This document shows, in pieces, positions 1-9,844 of a DNA stretch of 64,000 nucleotides. Position 1 is the stretch's first letter; each line of letters begins with the position of its first letter. The DNA lies in the NCBI GenBank assembly GCA_902492505.1, contig CABULU010000002.1, forward strand, positions 18,908 through 82,907, written 5' to 3'. The notes beneath the pieces were generated by a model, which was not told the DNA's origin, searched no databases, and saw nothing but the letters and a program-made list of their open reading frames with translations. The stretch is from an uncultured Eubacteriales bacterium. Its GTDB lineage: Bacteria > Bacillota > Clostridia > Oscillospirales > QAKW01. The translations under genes were made by a program, and so were the position numbers.

Positions 1-13
1 AGGAAGCAATACG

Positions 14-1102
14 ATGTATACTGCTTCTTTTAATAAAACTTATGGATTCACCAAAGATACCGGAGTTATTTTTAAATGTCTCAATACCGGAGAAACATTT
101 GAATTCATACCGGGTGAAAACAAACAGAATCATGAACTTCATAACAGCGGGTCAATTATCTCATATTATGACGCCAATATATCCATGACGGTAGGCAATG
201 TATATGAGATAACCCTGACCAATGTAAAAAACCACGGTACAGGAGAAATAATTGATTATACATATCGCAGCGTGTATGAATCCGCTTATGGTTCGGACTC
301 CTCAGATACTGCCACAGATATTTCTATGTCAAGCAGCAGTTTAACAATGGCAGTAAACCAGCGTGTGAAAATAAACGCCTCCGTTGTTCCCGATAACTGT
401 AAAAATAAAATGATTTTATGGTCCTCCGATAACAATGAAATTGCTACGGTAAATGAAAACGGTTATGTTACAGCGCATAAAACAGGTACTGTCACAATCA
501 GCGCTTCTACTGATAACGGCGTAGTAAAATACTGCACCGTAAATATACAGGCAACTCCGTTTACCGATCTTACCTCAAAATGGTATATACCGTTTGTTGA
601 AAAAGCATATCAGTGTGGAATAATGAGCGGTATGACTCCGACTACGTTTGAGCCGGCAACCAGCATGAGCCGGGCAATGTTTGTCAAAGTTATTGCAAAT
701 CTCGAAGGTTTGGATCTTGATAACACTGTACCGACAGTTTTTTCAGATGTTCAGGTCGGCAGATACTTTACGGGACCGATAGGCTGGGCAAGTCAGAACG
801 GTATTGTAAACGGAATTTCTCCTACCGAATTTGCTCCGAATTCTCCTATTACCCGCGAGCAGATGTGTGCTATGATTGTCAGATATGCCGAATATAAGAA
901 CATTGCATTTGATCAGAGTATATCCCCCGTAACATTTGCAGATGAGGATAAAATTTCAAAGTATGCCAAAGAGTATGTAAAAATTTGCCAGCGTGCAGGA
1001 TTTATTGACGGCATGACTCCAACGACCTTTGAACCGAAAGGCAATGCAACACGCGCTCAGGTAGCAAAAATATTTTCTATTTTTTATAACTATATTGACT
1101 AA
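14..1102 (+). CDS. Cell-surface protein with an Ig-like (Big_2-type) domain and three C-terminal SLH repeats; possibly 5'-truncated by the window edge
   Basis: 362-aa ORF. Ig-like segment 'VTISASTDNGVVKYCTVNI', then three SLH-like repeats (FTDL..WYIPFVEKAYQCGIMSG; FSDV..YFTGPIGWASQNGIVNG; FADEDKISKYAKEYVKICQRAGFIDG). The frame stays open back to nt 2. Confidence 0.7.
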   Translation: MYTASFNKTYGFTKDTGVIFKCLNTGETFEFIPGENKQNHELHNSGSIISYYDANISMTVGNVYEITLTNVKNHGTGEIIDYTYRSVYESAYGSDSSDTATDISMSSSSLTMAVNQRVKINASVVPDNCKNKMILWSSDNNEIATVNENGYVTAHKTGTVTISASTDNGVVKYCTVNIQATPFTDLTSKWYIPFVEKAYQCGIMSGMTPTTFEPATSMSRAMFVKVIANLEGLDLDNTVPTVFSDVQVGRYFTGPIGWASQNGIVNGISPTEFAPNSPITREQMCAMIVRYAEYKNIAFDQSISPVTFADEDKISKYAKEYVKICQRAGFIDGMTPTTFEPKGNATRAQVAKIFSIFYNYID

Positions 1103-1110
1103 ACATAAAT

Positions 1111-1144
1111 AAAAAATGCCGGCATTTAATGCCGGCATTTTTTA
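1111..1144 (+). terminator. Rho-independent terminator after the SLH gene
   Basis: AAAAAATGCCGGC-atttaat-GCCGGCATTTTTT: GC-rich stem followed by a T-run. Confidence 0.7.
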
Positions 1145-1197
1145 CTGTGACAGTTGAAACTGCCGTATATGTTTGATGAAATTTATCGTAAAAACAG

Positions 1198-1226
1198 TTT
1201 ACATCGGCTCCTTAAAATGTTATAAT
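1198..1226 (+). promoter_or_regulatory. Putative sigma-A promoter for miaB
   Basis: TTTACA, 17-nt spacer, TATAAT with upstream TGt (extended -10), about 30 nt before the miaB start. Confidence 0.45.
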
Positions 1227-1257
1227 TAATAATCAATACTATGTTTTATTAAGGGGA

Positions 1258-2646
1258 ATGGTTTTGCCTGATTTAAACTATAAACAGTTCACCGGCGCTT
1301 TAAGAAATTATTTTGCACAGGCTGGGAAAACACCGCGCGCTATGGTTGTTACATACGGCTGTCAACAGAATATAAGCGACAGTGAGATAATAAAAGGACT
1401 GCTTTCGCTTTGCGGTTATACATTTTGTGACTCATACAATGAAGCGGATCTCGTTGTTTTTAATACCTGTGCCGTGCGTGAGCATGCAGAGCTGCGCGTA
1501 TACGGCAATATCGGGGCGCTGAAGCCTGTCAAAAAAAGCCGCCCGGACTTGAAAATTGCAGTTTGCGGGTGCATGATGCAGCAGCAACAGGTTCAAAATG
1601 AAATAAAAACAAAATATAGGCATGTTGATATTGTTTTCGGGCCGTCGCTGATATATAAATTTCCTGAAATGCTGTTCAAATCGGTTTTGGAAGGTCAGAA
1701 AATATTTGACCGTTCTGAAAATCCCGATATCATAGAGGGTCTTCCGGTTCAACGTGCTAAAAACAATAAGGCTTGGGTTACTGTGATGTACGGCTGTAAT
1801 AATTTCTGTACATATTGCATTGTTCCGTATCTGCGAGGAAGAGAGCGAAGCCGCAAATCGTCGGACATAATCAGAGAAGTGAAAGAGCTTGTTGAATCCG
1901 GATTTAAGGATATAACCTTGCTTGGCCAAAATGTTAATTCTTACGGTAAGGACTTAGATCTCGGATATGATTTTGCTGATCTTTTAAATGAGCTTAATGA
2001 TATAGAGGGTGATTTTTGGCTTCGGTTTGTTACCAGTCATCCGAAGGATTGTACAAAGAAACTTATTGATACAATGGCATCATGTCAAAAGGTCTGCAAT
2101 CAGCTGCATTTGCCGTTTCAGTCCGGAAACGACCGTGTACTTAAGGAAATGAACAGAAATTATACGTTCGATAAGTATTTGAAACTTATTGAATATGCCA
2201 AGGAAAAGATGCCTGATATAACTCTTACAAGTGATGTTATTGTAGGTTTTCCGGGTGAGACTGACGAGGAATTTGAAGATACAGTGCGCCTTGTTGAGTG
2301 TGTGGAGTTTGATAATCTTTTTACGTTTATTTATTCAAAACGAACCGGAACACCGGCGGCTGTGATGGAAAACCAGATAGATGATAATATAAAATCTGCA
2401 CGCTTTAACAGACTTTTGGAAGTGCTTCACCCCATTTCCAAAAAGCGAAATGATTTGCTTTTGAACAAAACACTAAAGGTGTTTGTCGAGGGCATGAGCA
2501 AAACTGATTCCTGCGTATTGTCGGCAAAAACGGAAGGCGGAAAAACCGTAGATTTTAAGGGTGACAAGGCTCTTATCGGCCAGTTCGCATATGTAAAGAT
2601 AACACAGTGCAAAACGTGGAGTCTTGCCGGAGAACTTACTGAATAA
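1258..2646 (+). CDS. miaB: tRNA-2-methylthio-N6-dimethylallyladenosine synthase (MiaB)
   Basis: 462 aa. N-terminal MTTase motif 'TYGCQQN', radical-SAM 'CNNFCTYCIVP', C-terminal TRAM-like region. The true start may be TTG at 1264. Confidence 0.9.
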   Translation: MVLPDLNYKQFTGALRNYFAQAGKTPRAMVVTYGCQQNISDSEIIKGLLSLCGYTFCDSYNEADLVVFNTCAVREHAELRVYGNIGALKPVKKSRPDLKIAVCGCMMQQQQVQNEIKTKYRHVDIVFGPSLIYKFPEMLFKSVLEGQKIFDRSENPDIIEGLPVQRAKNNKAWVTVMYGCNNFCTYCIVPYLRGRERSRKSSDIIREVKELVESGFKDITLLGQNVNSYGKDLDLGYDFADLLNELNDIEGDFWLRFVTSHPKDCTKKLIDTMASCQKVCNQLHLPFQSGNDRVLKEMNRNYTFDKYLKLIEYAKEKMPDITLTSDVIVGFPGETDEEFEDTVRLVECVEFDNLFTFIYSKRTGTPAAVMENQIDDNIKSARFNRLLEVLHPISKKRNDLLLNKTLKVFVEGMSKTDSCVLSAKTEGGKTVDFKGDKALIGQFAYVKITQCKTWSLAGELTE

Positions 2647-2660
2647 TAAGGAGAATTAAA

Positions 2661-3065
2661 ATGACGGATATAGCACAGATTATTGAAAAAACAAAGGAGC
2701 TGGGAAAGCTTCTGTCCGACTCTGATCAGGTGCGCGCCATGTTGGCGGCGCGTCTGGCGTATGAGCAAAATACAGATATTCAGGAGCTGAACGGTCAATT
2801 TAATATACATAAAATGTCTATTGCAGCGCTATCAAAACAGGACAATCCTGACGAGGAACGTATTGCGGGACATGAGGAGAAGCTTCGTGAAATTTACGAT
2901 AAAATAATGTCGCATGAGTTGATGACGGAATACCAGACAAAAACACAGGTTGTAGAGCAGCTCATAGGTCAGATAAATAGTATTCTGAATTTCTATATTT
3001 CGGGTGAAAACCCGCAGGGTTGTACCGGTTCTTGTGCTACTTGCGGCGGATGTTCCGGTAAATAA
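2661..3065 (+). CDS. ricA: YlbF/YmcA-family regulator (RicA-like) with a Cys/Gly-rich C-terminal tail
   Basis: 134-aa helical protein placed between miaB and mutS, as ymcA is in B. subtilis (ymcB-ymcA-cotE-mutSL). Tail 'GCTGSCATCGGCSGK'. Confidence 0.55.
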   Translation: MTDIAQIIEKTKELGKLLSDSDQVRAMLAARLAYEQNTDIQELNGQFNIHKMSIAALSKQDNPDEERIAGHEEKLREIYDKIMSHELMTEYQTKTQVVEQLIGQINSILNFYISGENPQGCTGSCATCGGCSGK

Positions 3066-3091
3066 AGGTCAGCAAACAGAGGTAACTGAAA

Positions 3092-5680
3092 ATGGCAAAG
3101 ATTTCTCCCATGATGGAGCAGTATTTTGAAATAAAAAAACAGTACCCGGATCATATCCTGCTTTACAGGGTGGGTGACTTTTATGAAATGTTTTACGATG
3201 ACGCTGTGACTGTATCGCGTGAACTTGATATGACTCTTACCGGCAAGGACTGCGGGCAGGAAGAACGTGCGCCCATGTGCGGCATGCCGTATCATTCTTG
3301 CGACGGTTATATTGCACGCCTTATAGCAAACGGGCATAAGGTATGCGTATGTGAGCAGGTTGAAGATCCGAAAAGTGCAAAAGGGCTTGTAAAGCGCGAG
3401 GTAGTAAAGGTTATAACGCCGGGTACCGTAACAGACAGTGATATGCTTGACTCTGCAAAGAATAATTTTCTTGCGGCGCTTATGCTTAAATACGAGACTG
3501 CGGCGCTCTGCTTTGCCGATGTTTCGACGGGTGAACTGTTTTTGACATGTATTACCGACTTTACTGAACAGGATATAATTAACGAGCTTTGCAAATTTAC
3601 ACCGAGTGAGATACTTATTACATCCGAGGGGCTTGCATTTAAGGAAGTGACGGCGTATTGCAGTCAGAGGCTTTCTGCTCTTGTGTCTACCTTTGAGGAT
3701 AGCTTTGATATGAATGAAATATCGCAGCAGATTCTTCGTCATTTCAAGGCAGCGACGCTTTCCGAACTGGATATAGAAAATGAGGCTGAGCTTTCTGCTC
3801 TTTATGCCGTTTTATCTTATATAGTCGGTACTCAGAAAGGCGATATCGGTTATATAAATAAGTTAGAAGTTTACTCAAAAGCTCAGTTTATGGAGCTTGA
3901 TCTGAGCACTCGGCGTAATCTTGAAATAACTGAGAGCATGCGTCACGGGACAAAGCAGGGTTCTCTTTTAAATGTATTGGATAGGACAAAGACATCTATG
4001 GGCAGCCGCAAGCTGCGAACTATGCTTGAACGTCCGCTGATTAAGGTCAATGACATAAATAAGCGTCTTAGCGCGGTGGAGGAGCTAAAGCTCCGCGCTA
4101 TTGAACGGGACAGGCTTACGGACTGCCTGAAATCAATACACGACCTTGAGCGACTTATGACAAGGCTCATGCTCGGCAGCGGTAATGCCAAGGATCTTAT
4201 AGCGTTTAAAAATGCGTTCGAGGTTCTACCAAAAATAAAACAGTCGCTTTCCGGTTTTCAATCTAAGTTGCTAAAAACTCTTGATTCAAATATCATTGAA
4301 CAGAACGAACTTTACAATATTATTGAAAACTCAATTATTGACAATCCGCCTTTTACGGTGAAAGAGGGCGGAATAATAAAAGACGGATATGACAGCTCTG
4401 TTGATGAGAACAGGCATCTGATGAAAGACGCAAAAACGCTTATTTCGGAACTTGAACAGCGTGAAAAGGATGCGACAGGCATAAAGTCGCTTAAAATCAG
4501 TTACAACAGGGTGTTCGGGTATTATATTGAGGTTACAAAAATGTATTATGACCTTATTCCCGAAAACTATATCAGAAAACAAACTTTGGCAAACTGCGAG
4601 CGGTTTATAACTCAGGAACTTAAAGATCTTGAGACAAAGATACTTTATGCCTCCGAGCGTGTTCAGGCGAGAGAGTATGAGATATTCTGCTCAGTGCGTG
4701 ATATGGTAAAAGCGCAGTTTACGAGTATTAAGAGCACAAGTGAGTCACTGGCGATGCTGGATGTGCTGGCATCTCTTGCGGTTGTGGCTCAGCAGAATAA
4801 TTATGTGCGTCCCGATGTTGATGTGAGTGATGAAATAAATATTGTTGAGGGACGGCATCCGGTGGTTGAAACCGTTCTTAAAGACACGCTGTTTGTACCT
4901 AACAGTATGTATTTAGACTGTCAGAGCAGCCGCATGATGATATTGACCGGGCCTAATATGGCAGGTAAATCTACATATATGCGTCAGAACGCCATGATAA
5001 TACTTATGGCTCAAATCGGCTCGTTTGTACCTGCAAAGAGCGCACATATAGGTATTGTTGATAAAATATTCACACGCGTCGGTGCGTCGGATGATCTGGC
5101 TTCCGGTCAGTCAACCTTTATGCTTGAAATGCTGGAGGTTGCAAATATTCTGAAAAACGCTACTTCAAGAAGTTTTCTTGTGTTTGATGAGATAGGTCGC
5201 GGTACGTCTACCTACGACGGAATGAGTATTGCCAAAGCTGTTGTAGAATACGTTGTAAATAAGAAAAAAATTGGAGCTAAAACATTATTTGCAACGCATT
5301 ATCATGAATTGTGCGAGCTTGCTGATACTGTGGAGGGCGTTGTGAATTTTAATGTTGCCGTCAAAAAGCGCGGCGACAATATTGTATTTTTAAAGAAAAT
5401 TATACCCGGCGGCACTGATGACAGCTTTGGTATTGAGGTGGCGGCTCTTGCGGGTATTGACAGCTGGATTGTCAAACGTGCAAAAGAAATTTTGAAAGAG
5501 CTTGAAACTGACGGAAAGGTCAAGATAATCACAAAATACGAAAGTGATGACAGCCAGCTCTCTATGAGCGATATAAGCTCTTCTGAGATTATAGAAAGAC
5601 TTAAGTCCATAGACGTGAGCACAATAACGCCGCTTGAGGCGATGAGTATTCTGTATGAATTGTCCAACAAGGCAAAATAA
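3092..5680 (+). CDS. mutS: DNA mismatch repair protein MutS
   Basis: 862 aa. 'MMEQYFEIKKQYPD', Walker A 'GPNMAGKST', 'DEIGRGTSTYDG'. Confidence 0.97.
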   Translation: MAKISPMMEQYFEIKKQYPDHILLYRVGDFYEMFYDDAVTVSRELDMTLTGKDCGQEERAPMCGMPYHSCDGYIARLIANGHKVCVCEQVEDPKSAKGLVKREVVKVITPGTVTDSDMLDSAKNNFLAALMLKYETAALCFADVSTGELFLTCITDFTEQDIINELCKFTPSEILITSEGLAFKEVTAYCSQRLSALVSTFEDSFDMNEISQQILRHFKAATLSELDIENEAELSALYAVLSYIVGTQKGDIGYINKLEVYSKAQFMELDLSTRRNLEITESMRHGTKQGSLLNVLDRTKTSMGSRKLRTMLERPLIKVNDINKRLSAVEELKLRAIERDRLTDCLKSIHDLERLMTRLMLGSGNAKDLIAFKNAFEVLPKIKQSLSGFQSKLLKTLDSNIIEQNELYNIIENSIIDNPPFTVKEGGIIKDGYDSSVDENRHLMKDAKTLISELEQREKDATGIKSLKISYNRVFGYYIEVTKMYYDLIPENYIRKQTLANCERFITQELKDLETKILYASERVQAREYEIFCSVRDMVKAQFTSIKSTSESLAMLDVLASLAVVAQQNNYVRPDVDVSDEINIVEGRHPVVETVLKDTLFVPNSMYLDCQSSRMMILTGPNMAGKSTYMRQNAMIILMAQIGSFVPAKSAHIGIVDKIFTRVGASDDLASGQSTFMLEMLEVANILKNATSRSFLVFDEIGRGTSTYDGMSIAKAVVEYVVNKKKIGAKTLFATHYHELCELADTVEGVVNFNVAVKKRGDNIVFLKKIIPGGTDDSFGIEVAALAGIDSWIVKRAKEILKELETDGKVKIITKYESDDSQLSMSDISSSEIIERLKSIDVSTITPLEAMSILYELSNKAK

Positions 5681-5695
5681 AAATCGGAGACGAAA

Positions 5696-7684
5696 ATGCG
5701 AAAAATCAAAGTCTTAAATAAAAATCTGTCAAATATGATAGCCGCAGGCGAGGTGGTAGAGCGCCCCGCAAGTGTTGTGAAAGAATTGGTTGAGAATTCT
5801 ATTGACAGCGGTGCCGATATAATTACTGTGGAAATACGCGGCGGCGGGAAAACTTATATACGTGTTACGGATAATGGATGCGGCATGACAAAGGAGGATG
5901 CAAAAACCGCGTTTCTTCGTCATGCCACAAGTAAAATATCATGTGAGGCTGATCTTTTTAACATAAGTACTATGGGATTTCGCGGAGAAGCTCTGGCGGC
6001 TATCGCTGCTGTCTCAAAAGTTGAGCTTTTAACGGCGGTTTCTCTTGATTATTACGGTACGGAAATTATAACAGAGGGCGGAGAAGAGATAAGCTGCAAA
6101 GAAGTGGGGCTTCCCGAAGGTACGACAATAATCGTGCGCGATTTGTTTTATAATACTCCTGCAAGGATGAATTTTCTTAAAAAGGACGCAACGGAAAGTG
6201 CAAATATTGTTTCCCTGATAAATAAGTTTGCTATCGGTTATCCGAACATATCGTTTAAGCTCATAAACGACAATAGGATGCTTCTATCTACCGACAAAAG
6301 TCTGGAGCTTATTGATACTGTTTATTCGGTATTCGGAAAAGAAATAAGCGATTCTCTCATTAAAGCGGAACGTCTCGGAGAAGACGTCTGTGTGACAGGA
6401 TATGTCGGCTCACCGCGTTGTAGCCGTTCAAACAGAAATTATCAGCTTTTTTATATTAATAAACGTATAGTAAAAAGCAAAACAATTACGGCAGCGTTGG
6501 ATCGTGCATATCACAATCTGCTGATGAACGGGAAATATGCCGTATGCGTTTTATTTTTGAGTCTGCCGTATAATAAGGTGGACGTAAACGTCCATCCTAC
6601 AAAAACAGAAGTTAAATTTTCCGATGAAAAGAAAATATTTGATGCGGTTTACTATGCCGTTAAAGATGCACTTGAAAAGGAACCGCAGATTAACAATAGT
6701 GTGTTGGAGTTCTTTGAAAAAGCAAAATTACAGACAACGCACATAGATTCACCGATATACGAGAAACCTGCAGACAGTTTGACCGATAAATTTATACCTT
6801 TATCAGGTACACAAACAACAATTACACAGAAAGAGGATTTTAACAAAGGCGGCTTATCACGCGATGAACAAAAGTCTTTAAACCGCACTTGCGATTATAA
6901 TGTTATTACGGATGAAAAACGCTGTGAGATTCCGGATATTCCGACGGTAAATATTGCTCCTTTTGCATTGAACAGCAAAGAATCCGCAGCTGCCGAAGCT
7001 ATGCGTGACAGCGGGTATTTTACGCGTGAGTTAAAACTCGACCCCGATGAGTTATCTGAAAAGTTTTGCACAGATAATACTGACGACTCATATATGCTAA
7101 AACCCGAGATACCTTATAGATATATAGGTGAAATTTTTAAGACATATATTATAATTGAAAGCGGCAATAGTTTTTATCTGATAGATAAACATGCGGCTCA
7201 TGAACGCATACTTTTTAATAAAATATACGAAAGATATAAAAACAGCGAGAAATATTGTCAGCAGTTGCTTGCCGGTATTCCTGTTACACTTTCGCCCGAG
7301 GAGGCGGACATTGCGCGCCGTAACAAGGACAAACTTGCAAAGCTCGGGTATGAATTTGATGAGTTCGGGGATTATGATGTGATTTTGCGTACGATTCCAT
7401 ACGTTATTTCTCCCGGAGATACTGTTTCGGGATTTACGGAAATGATAGAAATTCTCAGCGCCGATAAAAATCAGGATATGACAGAATTTGAAAATGCAAC
7501 ACTTAAAATGTTATCCTGCAAGGCGGCAATAAAAGCAGGCTTTGACAGCAGCGATGAGGAGCTTGAGCGTTTTATTAAAAATTTATTGCTTGAGGGGAAT
7601 GTCAATTACTGTCCGCACGGCAGACCTATTATCTGCGAATACAGTAAAGAAAGCGTTGAAAAAGCTTTTAAGAGGATACTGTGA
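5696..7684 (+). CDS. mutL: DNA mismatch repair endonuclease MutL
   Basis: 662 aa. GHKL ATPase 'IAAGEVVERPASVVKELVENSIDSGA', 'DNGCGM', C-terminal dimerisation/endonuclease domain. Confidence 0.95.
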   Translation: MRKIKVLNKNLSNMIAAGEVVERPASVVKELVENSIDSGADIITVEIRGGGKTYIRVTDNGCGMTKEDAKTAFLRHATSKISCEADLFNISTMGFRGEALAAIAAVSKVELLTAVSLDYYGTEIITEGGEEISCKEVGLPEGTTIIVRDLFYNTPARMNFLKKDATESANIVSLINKFAIGYPNISFKLINDNRMLLSTDKSLELIDTVYSVFGKEISDSLIKAERLGEDVCVTGYVGSPRCSRSNRNYQLFYINKRIVKSKTITAALDRAYHNLLMNGKYAVCVLFLSLPYNKVDVNVHPTKTEVKFSDEKKIFDAVYYAVKDALEKEPQINNSVLEFFEKAKLQTTHIDSPIYEKPADSLTDKFIPLSGTQTTITQKEDFNKGGLSRDEQKSLNRTCDYNVITDEKRCEIPDIPTVNIAPFALNSKESAAAEAMRDSGYFTRELKLDPDELSEKFCTDNTDDSYMLKPEIPYRYIGEIFKTYIIIESGNSFYLIDKHAAHERILFNKIYERYKNSEKYCQQLLAGIPVTLSPEEADIARRNKDKLAKLGYEFDEFGDYDVILRTIPYVISPGDTVSGFTEMIEILSADKNQDMTEFENATLKMLSCKAAIKAGFDSSDEELERFIKNLLLEGNVNYCPHGRPIICEYSKESVEKAFKRIL

Positions 7685-8619
7685 TGGCAAACGATGTTAT
7701 TGTTGTTTGCGGACCGACCGCCTCTGGAAAAACTGCGCTTGCAGTTGAGCTTGCCAAACGGTTTGACGCCGAAATAGTATCAGCCGATTCAATGCAGATA
7801 TATAAAGAAATGAATATCGGTACGGCAAAGCCCGTTGAGAAAGAAAAACGCGGTATACCGCACCACATGATTGATATTGTTTCGGTTACTGAAGAGTACA
7901 ACGTGTCAAGATATGTTGAAGATGCAGCGGAGTGTATTGATAAAATCAGGGCGTCAGGCAAAAGAGTTATACTTGCAGGCGGCACAGGGTTATATATAGA
8001 CAGCCTGATAAATAATGTGAATTTTTTTGAAATAGAAAACGATTATGAATATCGGGAGCAGCTTTTTAGCGTTGCAAAATACAAAGGCGTTTTGGCTGTG
8101 CATAAGATGCTGGAAAGTGTTGACAAGCCGTCAGCTGACAGACTGCATCCAAACGATTTAAAGCGTGTAATACGCGCTTTGGAGGTGTATAAGGTGTGCG
8201 GCAGAACAATGACCGAAGTTCAGCTTGAGAGTGTTCGCAAACGTAAATACAATCCTACATTTATCGGTCTTGATTTCAGTGAAAGAGCCGTTTTATACAA
8301 TCGAATTGAAATGCGTGTTTTAGAAATGATAAAAAACGGACTGCTTAACGAAGCCCGTTCGCTTTTAGATTTTGATTTGTCATCGACAGCACGAGCGGCT
8401 ATCGGCTATCAGGAAATGTTTGACTTTCTCAATAATAAAATTACTTTTGAAAGTGCTGTCGGGAAAATCTGTAAAAGGACGCGTAATTATGCCAAACGCC
8501 AGCTCACGTGGTTTAGAAAAAATAAAGAAATTAATTGGTTATTTCCGGATATGTGCTCCGGCGGGCTGACTGAACTTAGCGATAAGGCGTCAGAAATCAT
8601 AAATTTCAGGGAGGATTGA
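7681..8619 (+). CDS. miaA: tRNA dimethylallyltransferase MiaA
   Basis: 312 aa. P-loop 'GPTASGKT', 'SMQIYKEMNIGTAKP'. ATGA overlap with the mutL stop. Confidence 0.93.
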   Translation: MMANDVIVVCGPTASGKTALAVELAKRFDAEIVSADSMQIYKEMNIGTAKPVEKEKRGIPHHMIDIVSVTEEYNVSRYVEDAAECIDKIRASGKRVILAGGTGLYIDSLINNVNFFEIENDYEYREQLFSVAKYKGVLAVHKMLESVDKPSADRLHPNDLKRVIRALEVYKVCGRTMTEVQLESVRKRKYNPTFIGLDFSERAVLYNRIEMRVLEMIKNGLLNEARSLLDFDLSSTARAAIGYQEMFDFLNNKITFESAVGKICKRTRNYAKRQLTWFRKNKEINWLFPDMCSGGLTELSDKASEIINFRED

Positions 8620-8620
8620 A

Positions 8621-9844
8621 ATGCGACTTAGATTTAATCTCATAAAATTTCTTTTCATTCTCTTTTTTATTTTTTTGCTTATAGTGGCAGTTTATCAGAT
8701 ATACTGTTATTTTTATGTGTCAGCATCCACAGAATATACAACCGTTATAGAATGTGAGGACACAGTTACTGTTTCAGGTTATTTTCTACGTGACGAATCT
8801 GTTATCAGGGCGGAAAATTCAAAGTATATCGATATAACGGTAAACAGCGGAGAAAAAATATCCAAAAACGGTATTATTGCCAATGTATACTCAACTGAAG
8901 ATTCTGCTAAAATTCAGTCACAAATAAGAGAACTTCAGCTAAGAATCGATGAGATGAACTCTGTGATATCAGCTGCTAACGGCTATAATACGGGTGCGAC
9001 TTATGAAAATGAAATTAAAAAATATGCTATCAACGTATCTTCAAATATTTCGGAAGGAAATATAACAGCTGCCTTTGAGGCGGCAGCGGATTTTTCTTCC
9101 AATATAATTAAAAGTAAGATTTCTGCCGGAGAAATAGTTGACTACTCTTCAAAGCTAAGCGAACTAAAAGCACAGATGGAGCAGCTGAAAGCCAAGTCGT
9201 CTGCCGTTACCAGCTATATCACAGCGCCGTCTGCGGGTTATTACGTTTCTAAAGCGGACGGGCTTGAGGATAAACTCAGCATGCAGCTCTCCGATGATAT
9301 TACGCCGGATAAGTTTGATAAAATAGTAAACACAATAAATGAGCAAACCGATTTTTCTTCAAATTATATAGGAAAGCTGGTATCCGGATCTCAATGGCGG
9401 GTTTGCTTTAAAACTGACAGCGATAAATTCGACAAAATAAAAGTCGGCTCAACTGTAAATATTCGTATTCCCTCAGTAACTGATACAAAAATTAAATGTA
9501 CTGTATTAGATATTAAATCAGTTGATGGTTTTACATATGTCGTTTTAGAATCAAATGTTATTTCTGGTGATATATTGCTTCAGCGCAGTTGTGAAATAGA
9601 CGTAATAATTGATTCGTACAGAGGCTTACGCGTTGATAAAAATGCCATCAGAAAGGTTGACGGCAAAGAGGGAGTATATGTACGAAATAACGGTATTTTG
9701 AAATACCGTGAAGTAGATATACTTTACATTGGTTCTACTTTTGCCGTAGTTAAATATGATGCGCTTAACACTTCGGGGTTACAGGCTTATGACGAGGTTG
9801 TAATAAAAGGTTCTGATTTGTATGACGGGAAGGTGGTCGCATGA
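8621..9844 (+). CDS. Membrane-anchored coiled-coil protein (HlyD / membrane-fusion-like), function unknown
   Basis: 407 aa. N-terminal TM helix, central coiled coil (IRELQLRIDEMN..LKAQMEQLKAK), C-terminal beta-rich region. No catalytic motif recognised. Confidence 0.4.
   Translation: MRLRFNLIKFLFILFFIFLLIVAVYQIYCYFYVSASTEYTTVIECEDTVTVSGYFLRDESVIRAENSKYIDITVNSGEKISKNGIIANVYSTEDSAKIQSQIRELQLRIDEMNSVISAANGYNTGATYENEIKKYAINVSSNISEGNITAAFEAAADFSSNIIKSKISAGEIVDYSSKLSELKAQMEQLKAKSSAVTSYITAPSAGYYVSKADGLEDKLSMQLSDDITPDKFDKIVNTINEQTDFSSNYIGKLVSGSQWRVCFKTDSDKFDKIKVGSTVNIRIPSVTDTKIKCTVLDIKSVDGFTYVVLESNVISGDILLQRSCEIDVIIDSYRGLRVDKNAIRKVDGKEGVYVRNNGILKYREVDILYIGSTFAVVKYDALNTSGLQAYDEVVIKGSDLYDGKVVA

Noticed and set aside
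2993-3742. 249-aa antisense ORF opposite mutS, and the many other 60-165-aa antisense ORFs in the track (for example 1432..1929, 21744..22217, 37938..38417, 38411..38917)
   Set aside because: They lie fully within well-supported genes on the opposite strand or in alternative frames. Their composition is low-complexity and Lys/Arg/Phe-rich, as expected for AT-rich antisense frames.
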